Assembly (NCBI GenBank): GCA_965224195.1
Contig: OZ245040.1
Coordinates: 1,280,001-1,344,000, forward strand
DNA from: Nitrosopumilus sp.
GTDB lineage: Archaea > Thermoproteota > Nitrososphaeria > Nitrososphaerales > Nitrosopumilaceae
Length of the DNA: 64,000 nucleotides
Reading direction: 5' to 3'
Shown: piece by piece, positions 10,194-21,688 of the stretch
Layout of the letters: each line of letters starts with the position of its first letter
Position numbering within the stretch: the first letter of the stretch is position 1
The notes under the pieces: model-generated
What the model saw: only the letters and a program-made list of their open reading frames with translations
What the model was told of the DNA's origin: nothing
Database searches by the model: none
Translations under genes and position numbers: made by a program

Positions 10194-12062
10194 ATGCGTA
10201 TATTGCAACTTCACTGTGATAATATCGAGTATACTCCTACAAAAAAGGAAATACAATCTGCTGAAGATATTGAAAATCCTCAAACTCAAAGATTGGAAGA
10301 ACTCGTAGTGGTATTTGTCGCAATTGAAGATGGTGATGATTCTTCAGTAGCACAAAATGCAATATCTCAGATTAAAGCATCAATGGAAAAAATTGGGTGC
10401 AAAAAATTATTGTTATATCCTTATGCTCACCTTAGCTCAAATCTTGCAAAACCATCAATAGCAATTAAATTACTTAAAGAGATGGAAGATGGAGCATCAG
10501 AACTTGAAGTATCTCATTCTCCATTTGGTTGGACAAAGTCTTACAAAATCCAAGTAAAGGGGCATCCACTTGCAGAAAGTTCTAAAGTTGTCACAAAAGA
10601 TTCTGCATCTGCAAAACCTGATGAAGAATTAACTTCTGATGCACTCAAAGGTGAATCTAAAATTCGCTCATTTTGGAAAATACTTTCTCCAGATGGAACA
10701 ATGACTAACATTGGTGATTTTAATTTTGCAAAATATCCCAAATTAGAAATTTTGGCAAAATATGAATCTGCAAAAATCCGTAAAGTAGACCAACCTCCAC
10801 CACATGTTGCATTGATGAAGAAGATGGGGATATCTGACTATGAACCTGCGTCTGATTCTGGAAATATGCGATTTTATCCTAATGGCCGTTTGATTAAATC
10901 ATTAATTGAACGATATGTTACTGACCGAGTCAAAGAATATGGCGGTTATGAAGTTGAAACTCCAATCATGTATGATTCAGAACATCCCAGTATGGTTAGT
11001 TACTTTAACCGATTTCCTGCAAGACAATACAACATTGACTCTGAAGGCAAAAAACTCTTTTTGAGATTTGCTGCATGTTTTGGCCAATTCCTAATGGCCA
11101 ATCAATATCAATTATCATACAAAAATTTACCATACAAACTCTATGAGTTGACTCGTTACAGCTTTAGACGTGAACAATCAGGGGAATTAGTCGGTTTAAG
11201 GCGATTAAGAGCATTTACCATGCCTGACTGTCATGCATTTTGTAAAGATATGCCACAGGCAATTGATGAGATCAAGATTAGATTTGATCTTTCTCAATGC
11301 GTTCTCAAAGATCTTGGAATCGATGAAGATGACTATGAAATGGCAATTCGATTCACTGAAGACTTTTACAATGAGAATAAATCATCAATTGAAGGACTGG
11401 TAAAAAAACATGGAAGGCCTGTACTAGTAGAAATGTGGAAAGAGAAATTCTTTTACTTTGTATTGAAATGGGAGTTTAACTTTATTGATGGTCTAGGGAA
11501 AGCATCTGCTTTATCAACTGACCAAATTGATGTAGAAAATGGAGATCGATATGGAATTGAATTTGTTGATGAAAACAATACAAAACAAAATCCAATCATC
11601 TTACACAATTCTCCTAGCGGTGCAATTGAGAGAATCATTTACGCTTTGTTGGAAAAAGCTGCTAAAGATTCACATGAAGGACGAAAACCACAATTCCCAC
11701 TTTGGTTGGCCCCAACACAAGTTAGAATCATCCCACTCAAAGAAGAATTTAATACATTTACAGAAACCCTAGCTGGTAAAATTTCTGCAAACGATGTTCG
11801 TGTTGACATTGATGATAGAAATGAAAGCATTGGAAAACGAATTCGTGAAGCTGAAAAAGAATGGATTCGGTATATTTTGGTAATTGGTGAAAAAGAAGTA
11901 AACTCTCAAAACCTTAGTATTCGTGATAGACAAATGGGTGATGTACGAGAATTGCCATTTGATGATTTTATTAATGAAATTAAAGAGCAAACTAAAGGAA
12001 AGCCTTTCACTGGTTTGAATCTGCCAAAATATCTCTCAAAGAGACCAAATCTGATGGTGTAA
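10194..12062 (+). CDS. thrS: Threonine--tRNA ligase (archaeal type with N-terminal editing domain)
   Basis: MRILQLHCD start, YPYAHLS, PFGWTK, LRFAACFGQF, SFRREQSGEL, AFTMPDCH and anticodon-binding domain. Confidence 0.97.
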   Translation: MRILQLHCDNIEYTPTKKEIQSAEDIENPQTQRLEELVVVFVAIEDGDDSSVAQNAISQIKASMEKIGCKKLLLYPYAHLSSNLAKPSIAIKLLKEMEDGASELEVSHSPFGWTKSYKIQVKGHPLAESSKVVTKDSASAKPDEELTSDALKGESKIRSFWKILSPDGTMTNIGDFNFAKYPKLEILAKYESAKIRKVDQPPPHVALMKKMGISDYEPASDSGNMRFYPNGRLIKSLIERYVTDRVKEYGGYEVETPIMYDSEHPSMVSYFNRFPARQYNIDSEGKKLFLRFAACFGQFLMANQYQLSYKNLPYKLYELTRYSFRREQSGELVGLRRLRAFTMPDCHAFCKDMPQAIDEIKIRFDLSQCVLKDLGIDEDDYEMAIRFTEDFYNENKSSIEGLVKKHGRPVLVEMWKEKFFYFVLKWEFNFIDGLGKASALSTDQIDVENGDRYGIEFVDENNTKQNPIILHNSPSGAIERIIYALLEKAAKDSHEGRKPQFPLWLAPTQVRIIPLKEEFNTFTETLAGKISANDVRVDIDDRNESIGKRIREAEKEWIRYILVIGEKEVNSQNLSIRDRQMGDVRELPFDDFINEIKEQTKGKPFTGLNLPKYLSKRPNLMV

Positions 12063-12067
12063 CAAAA

Positions 12068-12943
12068 ATGAGTTTTCTTGATCTATACATGAATAACAAT
12101 CCCCTAATCACATCTTCAGATGATGATTCAGAACCTGTAGCTACGATATTCGGAATACCTTTTGATGCTACACACTCTTACAAGCCTGGTTGTAGATTTG
12201 GACCTGACGCAATTCGTGACTCTTTTAACAATATTGAGATATTCCATCCTGAACTTGGAATTGATTTAGTGAATGTAAACATTGAGGATTTGGGAAACAC
12301 TCGTCATACTGTCGTGGCCTCTGAAATGATTGACATGGTAAAAAAAATTACCACTGAACTTGTTGCAAAACAAAGACAGTTGTTCATTTTGGGCGGTGAA
12401 CATTCCATAACTTATGGCACGTATACTAGCTTTCCAAAAGAAACTGGATATGTTGTTTTTGATGCACATTATGATTTACGTGATGAATTTGCAGACATTA
12501 AACTAAGTCATGCATCTTACTTGAGACGAATTGTTGAAGAGAGGGGGGCTGAAAATATTTTACATGTTGGTGCAAGAGCCTTTGTCAAAGAAGAATTAGA
12601 ATTTCTAACTGAGAATAAAATTAAGACCATAACTTACGAACAAATTCGTGAAGGTAAAGGTTCTAGTCTTCTAAAAGACCATGTCTCTACATTTGACACC
12701 GTGTACTCTAGTTTTGATCTTGATGTATTAGACCCTGCATACGCCCCTGGTGTTGGTAATCCTGAAGCTGATGGTATTACATCTAGGGAACTGTTTGATA
12801 TGATTCATACTTTTCAGGAAACTAAAGTTACTGGTGTGGATATTGTAGAGTTGAACCCATACCATGATAATGGCGCAACTGCATCTTTAGCTGCAAAGAT
12901 TATCTCTACTTTAATTGCAATTAATCTATCTCGAAATAATTAA
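12068..12943 (+). CDS. speB: Agmatinase
   Basis: GIPFD, GGEHSIT, FDAHYD and FDLDVLDPAYAPGVG ureohydrolase motifs. Confidence 0.93.
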   Translation: MSFLDLYMNNNPLITSSDDDSEPVATIFGIPFDATHSYKPGCRFGPDAIRDSFNNIEIFHPELGIDLVNVNIEDLGNTRHTVVASEMIDMVKKITTELVAKQRQLFILGGEHSITYGTYTSFPKETGYVVFDAHYDLRDEFADIKLSHASYLRRIVEERGAENILHVGARAFVKEELEFLTENKIKTITYEQIREGKGSSLLKDHVSTFDTVYSSFDLDVLDPAYAPGVGNPEADGITSRELFDMIHTFQETKVTGVDIVELNPYHDNGATASLAAKIISTLIAINLSRNN

Positions 12944-13173
12944 TTTATTTTCTACCTGCATAACTGTATTAACAAAAATAGCAAATAATATCCCAAAACT
13001 GACTATTCCTACAATTGCAACTTTAATCGATGTATCTATGATGATTTTCATATTTACATCAAATATTACTATTGTTTTAAATTTGGAAAATCTCGTAATT
13101 TGATGAATTTTTAGCCTATTTTGCCTCATTTTACTCCTGTTCACTTTATTAGATGGTATTTTGGGTGTAACTC

Positions 13174-13746
13174 GTGTTAAATAATCTGCGAGATTCTCTT
13201 AGGCCTACTTTAGAAAAAATAGGCAAGGGATTTGCATCTACAGGGCTGTCTGCAAACTTTTGGACATTTGTAGGGTTGGCATTTGCACTAGTATCTGCAG
13301 TTGTTTATGGAATGGGAATTGAATATGGATTAATTCTTGGCGGTATTTTGTTACTTGTTTCAGGATTCTTTGATATGGTTGATGGACAAGTAGCAAGAGC
13401 TACTGGAAAGACTTCAAAAAAAGGCGAATACCTTGATTCAATGTTTGATAAGATTTCTGAAGTTGCAATATTTTTAGGGCTTTTAGTTGGGGGATATGCA
13501 GAACCATATCTTGTGTTGCTTGCAATTACGTTGTCTTTGTTGGTAAGTTACGCTAGATCAAAATCTGATATTATTAACATTAAACTTCAGGGAATAGGAA
13601 TTGGCGAACGAGCTGAAAGATTATTGGTAATTGCAGTTATTGGGATGATTGGATTTATGGAGTATGCTGTAATTATTGTGGTGATAATTGCGGGAATTAC
13701 TCTGATACAAAGAATGACTTACACTGCTAAAAATATTAAAGAATAA
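13174..13746 (+). CDS. CDP-alcohol phosphatidyltransferase
   Basis: DMVDGQVAR...GEYLDSMFD signature. Confidence 0.93.
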   Translation: MLNNLRDSLRPTLEKIGKGFASTGLSANFWTFVGLAFALVSAVVYGMGIEYGLILGGILLLVSGFFDMVDGQVARATGKTSKKGEYLDSMFDKISEVAIFLGLLVGGYAEPYLVLLAITLSLLVSYARSKSDIINIKLQGIGIGERAERLLVIAVIGMIGFMEYAVIIVVIIAGITLIQRMTYTAKNIKE

Positions 13747-13748
13747 TA

Positions 13749-14036
13749 CTAACGAAGTTTTCCGCGTTTTCTTCTACTATCTGCAGATCTAATTTTTAGA
13801 ATCTTAAAGTGGATTGCACATGAAATACAGTAATGTTTCAAAACTGTTGGTGATGCAATATATGCGCCTTGTGCACGTAGTTCTTTTGCCAATGTATGCT
13901 CAACCAGATTTAATTTTGATGTGACTTTTTTTGCCTTGTCTTTTGGGACTGTCTGTCCGCAGTTTGTACATTGTACTGTACCTGAGGATCCTTTTCCTCC
14001 CTTTGTACGACCTCTACTTGCACGTTTAAGTGGCAT
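13749..14036 (-). CDS. rps26e: 30S ribosomal protein S26e
   Basis: MPLKRASRGR, VQCTNCG, VPKDKAKK and YCISCAIH motifs. Confidence 0.95.
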   Translation of the reverse strand: MPLKRASRGRTKGGKGSSGTVQCTNCGQTVPKDKAKKVTSKLNLVEHTLAKELRAQGAYIASPTVLKHYCISCAIHFKILKIRSADSRRKRGKLR

Positions 14037-14165
14037 GAAATTGAGCAAATTTGCCTACTTATATTCTTGTAGAATTTTAATTAAAATTGGTTATTTTGTG
14101 CCTATATTTTGGATAAAAATCATACATGTTTTAATCTTAGATCGAATAAATTCAATTGATATATC

Positions 14166-14273
14166 ATGCGTGGTCTTTGCCATACTTGTTTCAGATCTGG
14201 AGTAGAAGTAGTGATTATTCATGGTGAGATAATTTGTGAGGAGTGCATATCTAAAAAAAATGCAAAAAACTAA
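14166..14273 (+). CDS. Zn-finger microprotein (35 aa)
   Basis: Read manually: MRGLCHTCFRSGVEVVIIHGEIICEECISKKNAKN (two CxxC). Confidence 0.6.
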   Translation: MRGLCHTCFRSGVEVVIIHGEIICEECISKKNAKN

Positions 14274-14300
14274 ATCTATACTGATTAAAATTAAGAAGAA

Positions 14301-15170
14301 ATGAAACTAGCTGTTTTTTCCCACTGTGCAATTGATACAATAACTATTGATGGTAACAACTATGAACAAATTGGTGGGGCTGCTTGTTATTCTGGTATAA
14401 CTGCCAGACAATTCAAGTTTGATGTAGATTTATACACAAAGTTTGGTCCTGATTTTCCAAAACAATACTTGGATGATGACAAAATTAATCTTGTAAATTC
14501 AGAATCTCAAAAAAATACCACAAAATTTACTATTTCAATTACTGGCTCTGATAGAACTTTGAAACTTGAAAATGAATGTGAAAAAATTGATTATTCCCAA
14601 AGTGATGCTGATGCTCATCTTGTTAGTCCGATTTATCATGAAATATCTGATGAGATATTTAAAAAAATTAAAAGTGATTCAAATTTCATTTTCGTTGATC
14701 CTCAGGGGTTTTTGAGACGTAAAGACTCTCAAAATAATATATTCTTGGAAAAGACTGATCTTGATTTAACTAATATCGACGCAATCAAGGCCAATCCTGA
14801 AGAATCTAACCACATTGTAAATGGAACTCATGATGAAATGATGTTGGCATTACAGAAAAAAGGAGTCAAACATGTGTTGTTAACTGATAAGACAAATGTT
14901 TCTTTATTGGTAAAAGATAAAATTTATTCAATAACTTTACCAAATCAGAATATTCATGATACAACTGGCATTGGTGATATTTTCTGCACTGCTTTTACTT
15001 GTACTATGCTTAAAGAGAAAGACTTTTTGTGGGCACTATGTTTTGCTGGGGGTGCTGCCCAAGCGGCATTAGAATCAAGGAATGTAGGTTTGCAAAAAAT
15101 TCCAAAAAAAGGAACAATCGAAACTAATGCATCTTATTTTTATAATTTAGTAAAATTTCGAGATTTGTAA
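14301..15170 (+). CDS. PfkB-family carbohydrate kinase
   Basis: IGGAACY, VDPQG and DTTGIGDIF motifs. Confidence 0.9.
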   Translation: MKLAVFSHCAIDTITIDGNNYEQIGGAACYSGITARQFKFDVDLYTKFGPDFPKQYLDDDKINLVNSESQKNTTKFTISITGSDRTLKLENECEKIDYSQSDADAHLVSPIYHEISDEIFKKIKSDSNFIFVDPQGFLRRKDSQNNIFLEKTDLDLTNIDAIKANPEESNHIVNGTHDEMMLALQKKGVKHVLLTDKTNVSLLVKDKIYSITLPNQNIHDTTGIGDIFCTAFTCTMLKEKDFLWALCFAGGAAQAALESRNVGLQKIPKKGTIETNASYFYNLVKFRDL

Positions 15171-15277
15171 TTATTTTTCAATTTCTTCTGAAAGAATTTG
15201 AAAATAAATCCCCTTCCAAAGTATTATTTCTAAAATTCATAAATAAATTTAAGTAACATTTTGTGTTATCATAATTT

Positions 15278-15670
15278 ATGGATTTTGTTGTTCTTTTGAA
15301 GAAGATTATGGATTCAGATGTAAACATTAGACATAGTCTGATAACTGACAGTGATGGAAATATTTTAGCTACCAGTCATAGGGAAGGAATTACAAATTAT
15401 TTGTCTGCTGAGGAGACTGCCGCATCCTTGAAAAGGGCATCTGTTGCATGGAAAGGCAGAAATGAATTGATTCCAAAAATTGGGCATGGATTGTATGCTG
15501 TAGCCAAATTTGAGAAAATATCGCGAATTACGTTTCCGCTTGGGGATGAAAATTTGATTTTTGTCAGTTTAGGTTCAGATACAGTTCGACAAAATATTCA
15601 TGAAGGTGGTGAAAAACAGATTATTGAACATGTTTTGAATATCTTGAGCAAAGATCCTACAAAACAATAA
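15278..15670 (+). CDS. DUF6659-like roadblock-fold protein
   Basis: DVNIRHSLITDSDGNIL...KIG...YAVAKFEKISRITFPL. Confidence 0.7.
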   Translation: MDFVVLLKKIMDSDVNIRHSLITDSDGNILATSHREGITNYLSAEETAASLKRASVAWKGRNELIPKIGHGLYAVAKFEKISRITFPLGDENLIFVSLGSDTVRQNIHEGGEKQIIEHVLNILSKDPTKQ

Positions 15671-15749
15671 TTTTATTTTCTATTTTCATATTGTCTCAAA
15701 AGAGTGTATTATACGCACAGAAAGTTGAATATTCTTTTATTGTACCAAA

Positions 15750-16763
15750 TTGACTGTTTCTTCTATGCAAATAGGCATTTACGGTTCTGGTAGTACAGAA
15801 TCTGCTGCAAAGACAATTAAAAAAATTCTTGATGAATCTGAAATCTCTTCATTTCCAATATTAAAATCAAAGAGTAAGCAAGCTGATTGCATAATTGTTC
15901 TTGGTGGAGATAAAGGAGTTAGAAATTACTTTCACAGAACTTTTGATTCAACTTTACCTGTATTGGGAATTAGTGAAGGTGAAGCAAGCGGATTTTTAGC
16001 TCAAATTGAATTAAGAGAGTTTTCAACATATGTCAATTTATTAAAAAAACAAAAGTACACTGTAGAGGAAGTTCCAAGACTTGGTGTCAAAATTGATGGA
16101 AAAAATGTCTATCCTGTGTTAAATGATGTTGCGGTATTTTCATCTAAAAGTGCAATGTTGATGGAACATACTTTGAGAGTTAATGGTGATGAGGTATGGC
16201 ACGATAACAGTGATGGAATAATTGTATCTACTCCTATTGGTTCATCAGCATATTCAATGTCTGCTGGTGGCCCTGTATTATTTCAAGATTCTGCAGTATT
16301 TGAAATAATTTCTGTAAATTCCCTTGATGTTACTCGTAGACCAATCATTGTATCCAATTCTAGTTCAATTGAAATTGATGATATTTCTGCGCGGTTACAC
16401 TGTGAGGTAGTATTGGATGGCTTGGATCGATACAAAGTAAACAACACTGTAGAGTGTACCCAATTTTCCCCTCCAGCAAAAATTATCCGTTTAAAGAAAA
16501 ATTCCACTGCAATATCTGCTCTAGCTAAAAAGGTTCATCTTGCTGAAGAATTACTTAGCATGCCTCCAAGCTCCAAGCTTTTATTGAAAACTCTAGAGTA
16601 TGAAGGAGCTTTAACTCAGAAAGATCTTGCAAACAAAACATTGCTTCCTGATAGAACCGTTAGACTGGCATTAAGCCATTTACTCAAAAAAGGATATGTC
16701 AAAAAGAAAGTTTCAATTCGAGATGCAAGACAGAAAATTTATGAAATTTCTAAAATTGAATAA
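15750..16763 (+). CDS. NAD(+) kinase family protein with C-terminal MarR-like winged HTH
   Basis: LGGDKG, LNDV and DGIIVSTPIGSSAYSMSAGGP motifs; C-terminal LTQKDLA...RTVRLALSHL HTH. Confidence 0.9.
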   Translation: MTVSSMQIGIYGSGSTESAAKTIKKILDESEISSFPILKSKSKQADCIIVLGGDKGVRNYFHRTFDSTLPVLGISEGEASGFLAQIELREFSTYVNLLKKQKYTVEEVPRLGVKIDGKNVYPVLNDVAVFSSKSAMLMEHTLRVNGDEVWHDNSDGIIVSTPIGSSAYSMSAGGPVLFQDSAVFEIISVNSLDVTRRPIIVSNSSSIEIDDISARLHCEVVLDGLDRYKVNNTVECTQFSPPAKIIRLKKNSTAISALAKKVHLAEELLSMPPSSKLLLKTLEYEGALTQKDLANKTLLPDRTVRLALSHLLKKGYVKKKVSIRDARQKIYEISKIE

Positions 16764-16918
16764 TTAAGATTCTTCTTTTGTAAGATTATTGGTATGTGAT
16801 GATTCTTTTTCAGTTGCGTCGTTAATTCGTTTTTGAATATTTATTTTGAAACATTTTTCAGAACAAAATTCTCTAACTCCTACTCATATTCCCTATCACA
16901 TTCCTTACATAGTGCCAT
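16764..16918 (-). pseudogene. Frameshifted small metal-binding (TRASH-like) protein
   Basis: MALCKECDREYE followed, after a 1-nt shift, by GVREFCSEKCFKINIQKRINDATEKESSHTNNLTKEES*. Confidence 0.55.
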
Positions 16919-16926
16919 TGATCTTA

Positions 16927-16968
16927 TTATTTTCATATTGTATGTTATTTTCATATTGTATGTTATTT
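16927..16968. repeat. 18-bp tandem duplication TTATTTTCATATTGTATG x2 (+6 nt)
   Basis: Exact copies at 16927-16944 and 16945-16962. Confidence 0.9.
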
Positions 16969-17010
16969 ACATAATCTACAAATTCCCATTTTTGGAATTT
17001 TTTTGTTAGA

Positions 17011-18621
17011 TTATTTCTCAGATGATGCTTTGATGAATGCTGAAAATACTTCTTCGGGGTATCCTGGTCTACTGTTGAATTCTGGATGGAATTGTACTCC
17101 GAGATAGAATTTATGTGATGGAATTTCAAGTATTTCCATTCTTTTACCGCCATCACTATCTGCTGAAAATATCAATCCATTTCTTTCAAATTGAGGGATA
17201 TACTCTTGATTAATTTCATATCTGTGTCTATGGCGTTTACTGATTGTTGCTGCATTGTAGATTTTTTTGGCATTTGTGTTCTCTTTAATTATGACATCAT
17301 TAGCTCCCAATCGAAGTGAGCCTCCCATATCTGAAACTTCTTTTTGTTCTGGAAGTAAATCTATAATTGGATTCTTTGTATCTGATTTTATTTCTGTAGA
17401 ATTTGCATCTTCTAGATTCAACACGTTTCGTCCAAATGCAATTGCAGCTAGTTGGAATCCAAAACATATTCCAAGATATGGGATGTTTTTCTCCCTTGCA
17501 TAATTTGCAGTTTGAATTATTCCCTCCGAACCTCTTGTTCCAAACCCTCCTGGTACTAGAACTCCATCATAATTTGATAGTATACTGTAATCGGTAATTG
17601 ATTCTGAATCTATCCAATCAATATCAATTGATTTGCCAATTTGTGCACCTGCGTGTTTTAGTGCGTGATTTACGCTTACATAACTATCTGTTAATGTTAC
17701 ATATTTTCCAACCATTGTGATTTTTACTTTGTTATTTTCATGATTAACCATATTCTGAGCAATTTCATTCCACTTGTCCCAATTGGCTGATGCGTTAACC
17801 ATTCCAACTTTTCCAAACTTTCTAAATATTGAATCCATGATTCCTTGGTCGTATAGCATTTGAGGAACCGCAAAAATTGATTTTGCATCATGGCATGATA
17901 GTACGTCTTTTGGTGTAACATTTGTAAACATTGCAATTTTCTTCTTTGTCTTCTCTTCTAATGGTAATGTACATCTAACTGCTAAAAAGTCTGGCTGGAT
18001 ACCTATTCTTCTTAATTCTTGAACACTGTGTTGTGTAGGTTTTGTTTTTTGTTCTCCAACAACGTCTAAGGATGGTGCTAATGTTACATGAACAAAAATT
18101 ACGTTTTCTGGTCCTTCTTCTACTCTCATTTGCCTTAATGCCTCTAGGAATGGTAATGACTCAATGTCTCCTACTGTTCCACCACATTCTACAATCAAAA
18201 AGTCTAGTTTTTCTTCTGCTGCAATTTTTGAAATTCTATTTTTAATTTCATCAGTTACATGAGGGATGATCTGAACACATGCTCCAAGATATTCTCCCTT
18301 TCTTTCAGCTTCAATTACTGAGGAATAGACTTGTGCTGTTGTAATGTTGTGGCTTTTTGGAATATTTTGATTTAGAAATCTTTCATAGTTTCCAATATCC
18401 ATGTCACATTCTCCTCCGTCATCTGTTACGAAGACTTCTCCATGAGCTATTGGATTCATTGTTCCAGCATCGTAGTTAAGATATGGGTCTATTTTGATAC
18501 ATGAGACTTTTTGATCTGCCAATTGTAATAACTTTGCAATTGAGGAAGTTGTTACGCCCTTTCCAAGGCCAGACATCACTCCACCTGTGACAAAAATTAA
18601 CTTTGTCTGCACATTAAACAA
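17011..18621 (-). CDS. pyrG: CTP synthase
   Basis: [34 protein letters not shown] and QFHPEF motifs. Confidence 0.98.
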   Translation of the reverse strand: MFNVQTKLIFVTGGVMSGLGKGVTTSSIAKLLQLADQKVSCIKIDPYLNYDAGTMNPIAHGEVFVTDDGGECDMDIGNYERFLNQNIPKSHNITTAQVYSSVIEAERKGEYLGACVQIIPHVTDEIKNRISKIAAEEKLDFLIVECGGTVGDIESLPFLEALRQMRVEEGPENVIFVHVTLAPSLDVVGEQKTKPTQHSVQELRRIGIQPDFLAVRCTLPLEEKTKKKIAMFTNVTPKDVLSCHDAKSIFAVPQMLYDQGIMDSIFRKFGKVGMVNASANWDKWNEIAQNMVNHENNKVKITMVGKYVTLTDSYVSVNHALKHAGAQIGKSIDIDWIDSESITDYSILSNYDGVLVPGGFGTRGSEGIIQTANYAREKNIPYLGICFGFQLAAIAFGRNVLNLEDANSTEIKSDTKNPIIDLLPEQKEVSDMGGSLRLGANDVIIKENTNAKKIYNAATISKRHRHRYEINQEYIPQFERNGLIFSADSDGGKRMEILEIPSHKFYLGVQFHPEFNSRPGYPEEVFSAFIKASSEK

Positions 18622-18677
18622 ACGGGTGTCTAGTTTTTGTATGTTTTGTCGATCATGCTAAGTTGAAATAGTGGTGG

Positions 18678-19526
18678 TTGATTTGTTCTGATGTGAGAGT
18701 TTACCTTTTACCTTTGTTAGTTCTATTTGTTGCAGGTTATGCTAGTTTAGCTTTTGCTGAAACTACATATGAAATCAAAATTCCAACTGGCGCTTCAGAT
18801 CCTGGCGCTCCATTCTTTTGGTCTGAAAAATCCACTGGTGCAACCACTGGAATAATTACCATTTTTCCTGGCGATTCAGTAATTTGGCAAAATGCAGATA
18901 CTGCATTTCATACCGTTACATCAATTAGCCAAACAGGTGAAAATATGTTACCTGCTAAAGATAATGAGGATGGGGTTTTTGATAGTGGGTTTTTTACTGC
19001 CGGTGAATCTTATCTTAGAAATTTTGATGACCTTGGAGACTTTTACTACTATTGCAGTCTTCATCCTTGGATGAATGGGGTTGTACATGTTGTAAAAAAC
19101 CCTGGCAATGTTCAATCAATAGATAATGTAGGTTCTGGGTATAGTGATGATGGTTTGGGATTTGAGATAAAGTATATCCTTGACACAAATTTACAAAATG
19201 CAGTTCATGTTAATCCTGATGACAAAAGCTTGACTTTTAAAATTTCAGGAACCAGTGAAAATGATAATATCACATTTGTTTTACCTCTCAAACTAATTGA
19301 AAATCCAAATGCTGTATTCGTTGATGGGGTGATGACTGAATTTGAATCCGAAGATACCTCTTCTGGAACTAAACTAATAATTCCAATAACTAATGATTCT
19401 CAAGAAATTAAAATTATGGGTACAAAGGTAATTCCAGAATTTGGATTTTTAGCTATCAGTATTTTGAGTATCAGTATAATGTCTATATTATTTTTGACTC
19501 GCTCAAAACTCTCAATGTTTAGATAA
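18678..19526 (+). CDS. Secreted cupredoxin (plastocyanin-like) protein with PEFG-CTERM sorting domain
   Basis: Signal peptide; HTVTS and YYCSLHPWMNG type-1 Cu ligands; C-terminal VIPEFG + TM helix + basic tail. Confidence 0.9.
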   Translation: MICSDVRVYLLPLLVLFVAGYASLAFAETTYEIKIPTGASDPGAPFFWSEKSTGATTGIITIFPGDSVIWQNADTAFHTVTSISQTGENMLPAKDNEDGVFDSGFFTAGESYLRNFDDLGDFYYYCSLHPWMNGVVHVVKNPGNVQSIDNVGSGYSDDGLGFEIKYILDTNLQNAVHVNPDDKSLTFKISGTSENDNITFVLPLKLIENPNAVFVDGVMTEFESEDTSSGTKLIIPITNDSQEIKIMGTKVIPEFGFLAISILSISIMSILFLTRSKLSMFR

Positions 19527-19635
19527 TTACGATCTTTACAATTGTAAATAATTAATCTACATTTCAAATGAATTTTAGGTTTTGACACCGTCTTTGTTTT
19601 ATTTTTCTAAGTGTATTGTATGTTGAGAACTTCTA

Positions 19636-19698
19636 GTTTGGCGGCCATAACTGAAATCGAGTTCCCCTCCATGAAAGTTTGCACACTTGACCGCCAAC
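19636..19698. other. GC-rich stem-loop (10-bp stem, 40-nt loop) downstream of trpA
   Basis: TTGGCGGCCA (19638-19647) and TGACCGCCAA (19688-19697) are complementary, with one G-U pair on the minus strand. Confidence 0.6.
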
Positions 19699-19710
19699 TT
19701 GACGTTAATT

Positions 19711-20511
19711 TCAGAGAATTGTTTGTTTTTTAAGATTTTTTGTAAATGATACAATTTTTGATTCTAGCTTGTTTTGAGGTGTTTTCTCAATTAGTTTTAG
19801 ATATGCACTACCAACTATTACTGCATCTGCTCCTGCCTTGATGCATTTTTTTACATTATCTGGTGTTGATACTCCAAATCCCACTCCTATTGGAATTTTC
19901 CCTTTGGTTTGTTTCTTAACTTGTTTTATTGCATCAAGTGTGTATTTTTTAATTCCAGTTTTTACACCCGTTGTTCCAAACACTGCAACAAGATACAAAA
20001 ACCCTGATGATGCTTTAGATATTTTTTGAATTCTTACATTGCTAGTATTTGGTGATATTAGAAAAATTGTGTCTGCCTTGTTTTTGGCTGCCTGTAGATA
20101 ATCTTTTGATTCTTCAATTGACATGTCTGGAAGGATAAATCCGTCAATCCCTGCTTTTTTAGCCTCTGAAATGAATTTTGCATACCCTTTGTGATATAGA
20201 ATATTAGTGTAAGTCATTAGGATTAATGGAATATCTGTTTCTTTTCTAATTTTTTTTACAAGGCTGAAAAACTTTGTAATTTTTGTTCCCTTTTCTAAAG
20301 ATATGATGCTGGCGTTTTGAATTACAGGACCGTCTGCTAGGGGGTCTGAAAATGGAAATCCTAATTCAATAATGTCTACTCCTCCTTTGACTAATCCCCT
20401 TACTGTTGAGATAGTTGCCTTTTCATTTGGAAACCCTACCATGATGTATGATATCAAGGCTTTTTGCTTTTTTTCCTCAAGCTCTGCAAATTTTTCTTTA
20501 ATTCTTGTCAT
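19711..20511 (-). CDS. trpA: Tryptophan synthase alpha chain
   Basis: [22 protein letters not shown] and VIVGSA motifs. Confidence 0.97.
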   Translation of the reverse strand: MTRIKEKFAELEEKKQKALISYIMVGFPNEKATISTVRGLVKGGVDIIELGFPFSDPLADGPVIQNASIISLEKGTKITKFFSLVKKIRKETDIPLILMTYTNILYHKGYAKFISEAKKAGIDGFILPDMSIEESKDYLQAAKNKADTIFLISPNTSNVRIQKISKASSGFLYLVAVFGTTGVKTGIKKYTLDAIKQVKKQTKGKIPIGVGFGVSTPDNVKKCIKAGADAVIVGSAYLKLIEKTPQNKLESKIVSFTKNLKKQTIL

Positions 20512-21688
20512 GTTTATTCAAATAATTTTGTACTTCTTCGATGTCTTTATCTCCACGCCCTGAAAGTGTAACAACTATGGTTTCTGATTTCTTACTCTTT
20601 CTTGCAACTTTTACAGCTTCTGCAATTGCATGAGATGATTCCAAAGCTGGAATTATTCCCTCTGTTCTAGTTAGCAGTAGGAATGCATCAATTACTTCTG
20701 CATCAGTTGCTGCATGATATTTTATTCGTTTAGTGTCTTTATAGTATGAATGCTCAGGACCTACTCCTGGATAATCTAGTCCTGCTGAAATACTATGTGT
20801 TTCTGTAACTTGACCTTCTTTGTCTTGTAACAAATATGTCATCATTCCATGTAAAATTCCCTTGCTTCCAGCAGACAATGTTGCTGAATGCATTTTGGAT
20901 TTTAATCCGTGACCTGCAGCTTCTACTCCAATAATTTCTGAATTAGAATTAACTAGTGGATAGAATGTTCCAATTGCATTTGAACCTCCTCCAACACATG
21001 CAATTACTGTATCTGGTGTTTTGTTGTTTATTTTTTTCATCTGTGATTTTATCTCATTTCCAATTACACTTTGAAAATCCCTTACCATTACAGGATATGG
21101 ATGAGGCCCAACTGCTGATCCTAGTAAATAGTAAGTATTCTCTACATTTGTGATCCAGTCACGAATTGCCTCATTAATTGCATCTTTGAGAGTTTTAGAG
21201 CCTGATTTCACTGGATGAACTTCACATCCAAGCATGTTCATTCGAAATACGTTTTGTTTTTGTCTAATTGTATCTCTATACCCCATGTACACTTCTGCCT
21301 TCATTCCCAGTGCTGCACATGCCATTGCAGTTGCAACTCCGTGTTGACCAGCTCCTGTTTCTGCAATGATTCTTTTTTTGTTCATTTTTTTTGCAAGTAA
21401 AGCTTGACCCAATGTATTGTTGATTTTATGAGCTCCTCCATGTAGCAGATCTTCTCGTTTTAGATAGATTTTAGCACCGCCAATTTTTTCAGATAGATTT
21501 TTTGCATAGTATAGTGGTGTTGGTCTTCCTGCATAGATTTTAAGATAGTAATCTAATTCTTTTTTGAATTTTTTATCATTTTTAAATTTAAGATAATTTT
21601 CTTCTAGATCTTCAATTGCTGGAACTAGAGTTTCAGGAATGTACTTTCCACCAAATTCCCCAAATCGACCGTTTTTAGGATATTTCAA
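20498..21688 (-). CDS. trpB: Tryptophan synthase beta chain
   Basis: [24 protein letters not shown] and [13 protein letters not shown] motifs. Confidence 0.98.
   Translation of the reverse strand: MKYPKNGRFGEFGGKYIPETLVPAIEDLEENYLKFKNDKKFKKELDYYLKIYAGRPTPLYYAKNLSEKIGGAKIYLKREDLLHGGAHKINNTLGQALLAKKMNKKRIIAETGAGQHGVATAMACAALGMKAEVYMGYRDTIRQKQNVFRMNMLGCEVHPVKSGSKTLKDAINEAIRDWITNVENTYYLLGSAVGPHPYPVMVRDFQSVIGNEIKSQMKKINNKTPDTVIACVGGGSNAIGTFYPLVNSNSEIIGVEAAGHGLKSKMHSATLSAGSKGILHGMMTYLLQDKEGQVTETHSISAGLDYPGVGPEHSYYKDTKRIKYHAATDAEVIDAFLLLTRTEGIIPALESSHAIAEAVKVARKSKKSETIVVTLSGRGDKDIEEVQNYLNKHDKN

Noticed and set aside
16905-17156. 83-aa ORF with NNIQYE repeat
   Set aside because: It overlaps pyrG out of frame, and the repeat is just an 18-bp slippage duplication in intergenic DNA.
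19640-19690. Hammerhead ribozyme suggested by CTGA...GAAA
   Set aside because: The CUGANGA core is not matched and the required three stems cannot be formed.
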